Origin: Octopus sinensis
Lineage: Eukaryota
DNA length: 64,000 bases
Assembly (NCBI RefSeq): GCF_006345805.1
Contig: NC_043022.1
Location: 10,850,001-10,914,000, forward strand
Direction of reading: 5' to 3'
The notes under the pieces are model-generated. The model worked only from the letters and a program-made list of their open reading frames with translations, did not search any database and was not told where the DNA came from. This document shows, in pieces, positions 62,613 to 64,000 of the stretch; position 1 is the first letter of the stretch; each line of letters opens with the position of its first letter. Made by a program: the position numbers and the translations under genes.

Positions 62613-63055
62613 ATGGGCACCATTCAAGCGTGATCATTACCAGCATTGCCTTACTGGCACTTGTGCCCGTGCTAGTAGGGTGCCAAGAGCACCATCCGAG
62701 TGTGATCGTTGCCAGAGCAGCCAACTGGCTTCCATGCCAGTGGCACGTAAAAGGGCACCATTCGAGTGTGATCATTACCAAAGTCGCCTTACTGGCACCT
62801 GTGCTGGTGGCATGTGTAAAAGGATTCGAGCGAGGTTGTTGCCAGTACCGCCTGACTGGCCCCCATGCCGGTGGCATGTAAAAAGCACCCACTACACTCT
62901 CGGAGTGGTTGGTGTTAGGAAGGGCATCCAGCTGTAGAAACTCTGCCAAATCAAGATTGGAGCCTGGTGCAGCCATCTGGTTCGCCAGCCCTCAGTCAAA
63001 CTCGTCCAACCCATGCTAGCATGGAAAGCGGACGTTAAACGATGATGATGATGAT
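62613..63055 (+). mobile_element. family C repeat (RTE-like 3' end, (GAT)n tail), abutting a minus-strand SINE A head at ~62500-62610
   Basis: GGAGTGGTTGGTGTTAGGAAGGGCATCCAGCTGTAG...CCAACCCATGCTAGCATGGAAAGCGGACGTTAAACGATGATG. Confidence 0.85.
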
Positions 63056-63400
63056 ATATAATTCTTTCAACATATTTTCAGTAATTTTAATAATAGCCTC
63101 AATGGAGAAGCAAGCCAGTATTTTCTCATAGACAGTTGTGTGTAGCCCTAGTGTGTTCACTTCTTGTTGTAAAGATATAAATAACAGATAAACATTAGAT
63201 AAAAACTCTCAAGATAGAAGAGGTAACAAATATATTACTCATTTTCAAAGATGTTCTCCCTTAAGACTGCACATTCATCACCATCTCTATGGAATTACAC
63301 CACCTCAAGAATTAAATATATCAGTAAATATACAATTTCAAAAAGAAATGACATATTTCAAAGTTGTCTATAAATTACAACAATATACTTTTTAAAATAA

Positions 63401-63428
63401 TCCCGGAATTTCCATGGGTATTTGCTAG
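63401..63428 (+). mobile_element. possible Helitron 3' terminus
   Basis: Imperfect hairpin CCC-GGAATTTCC-AT-GGG followed by TATTTG-CTAG-T. 5' end not identified. Confidence 0.3.
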
Positions 63429-64000
63429 TAATAATTAGAGTTTTCTATTATAATTTCATTTGTATCTAAGATATATTATAAGAATATTATGTCAACTCTG
63501 GAATTTAACTGGCACTTTATTTCATTAATCCCAGAACAATGAAAAGTAAAGCTAACTTTGCAGAATTTGAACTCTAAATGCAAAGGACTATAAACTAAAT
63601 ATTACCTGACATATTGATGCTGTAATAATTTGGCTACACATTTACCAAGTCCGAATTCCAGTTTTATGATATATATAGTCAATCTTGGTAAAATATGAGC
63701 CTGCAGCCAAGCTTTACAAAATTATATTTTCATACTCTATTCACTCTAACTGTTGTGATCATATTTACTACCTTTGAGACAAGAGAAATAGCAACAACAT
63801 TGATAACAATAATAATGATTTCTAATATCAGCTTAAGGCCAGAAGACTTTGGGAGAGAGTAAAGTGACCCCAGTACGGTACTGGTACTTTTTTTTTATTG
63901 ACTGCAAGTTAAGCCCCACCAGGATTTGAAGTAAGAATGTAAAGGAACATAACTAAATACTGCAATGTATTTAATCTTGTGCCTTACCAGTGACAATGAT

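Overview
AT-rich, repeat-dense eukaryotic genomic DNA. The huge (TA)n/(TG)n/(TGTA)n arrays and the SINE families look like an octopus (coleoid cephalopod) genome; this is recognised from repeat content, not checked against a database. The only host gene I can build is the 3' end of a minus-strand gene at 52.7-62.3 kb. It has eight small GT-AG exons whose phases join into one 267-aa frame plus stop, resembling the C-terminus of the ciliary central-pair protein CFAP74. One isolated plus-strand candidate first coding exon (18031-18157) encodes a signal-anchor-like N-terminus. The rest is mobile DNA and simple repeats: two ~95%-identical defective CR1-group LINE copies (minus strand, 38.9-42.6 and 45.8-49.4 kb; ORF1 with a CCCH finger, ORF2 APE+RT), a third 3' fragment nested in a mariner-type non-autonomous element, a mariner transposase pseudogene, a small Helitron, an RTE fragment, four SINE-like families, foldback/inverted repeats, a 106-bp tandem array and a 100-N scaffold gap. 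Nearly all long ORFs in the supplied track are microsatellite artefacts. The most interesting signals are: a co-varying 3' stem-loop shared by the LINE and the commonest SINE; a Penelope-type minimal hammerhead-ribozyme motif; nested near-perfect inverted repeats; and an 84-bp-arm hairpin in a CFAP74 intron. Repeat boundaries were read by eye and are approximate; exon boundaries were checked base by base.
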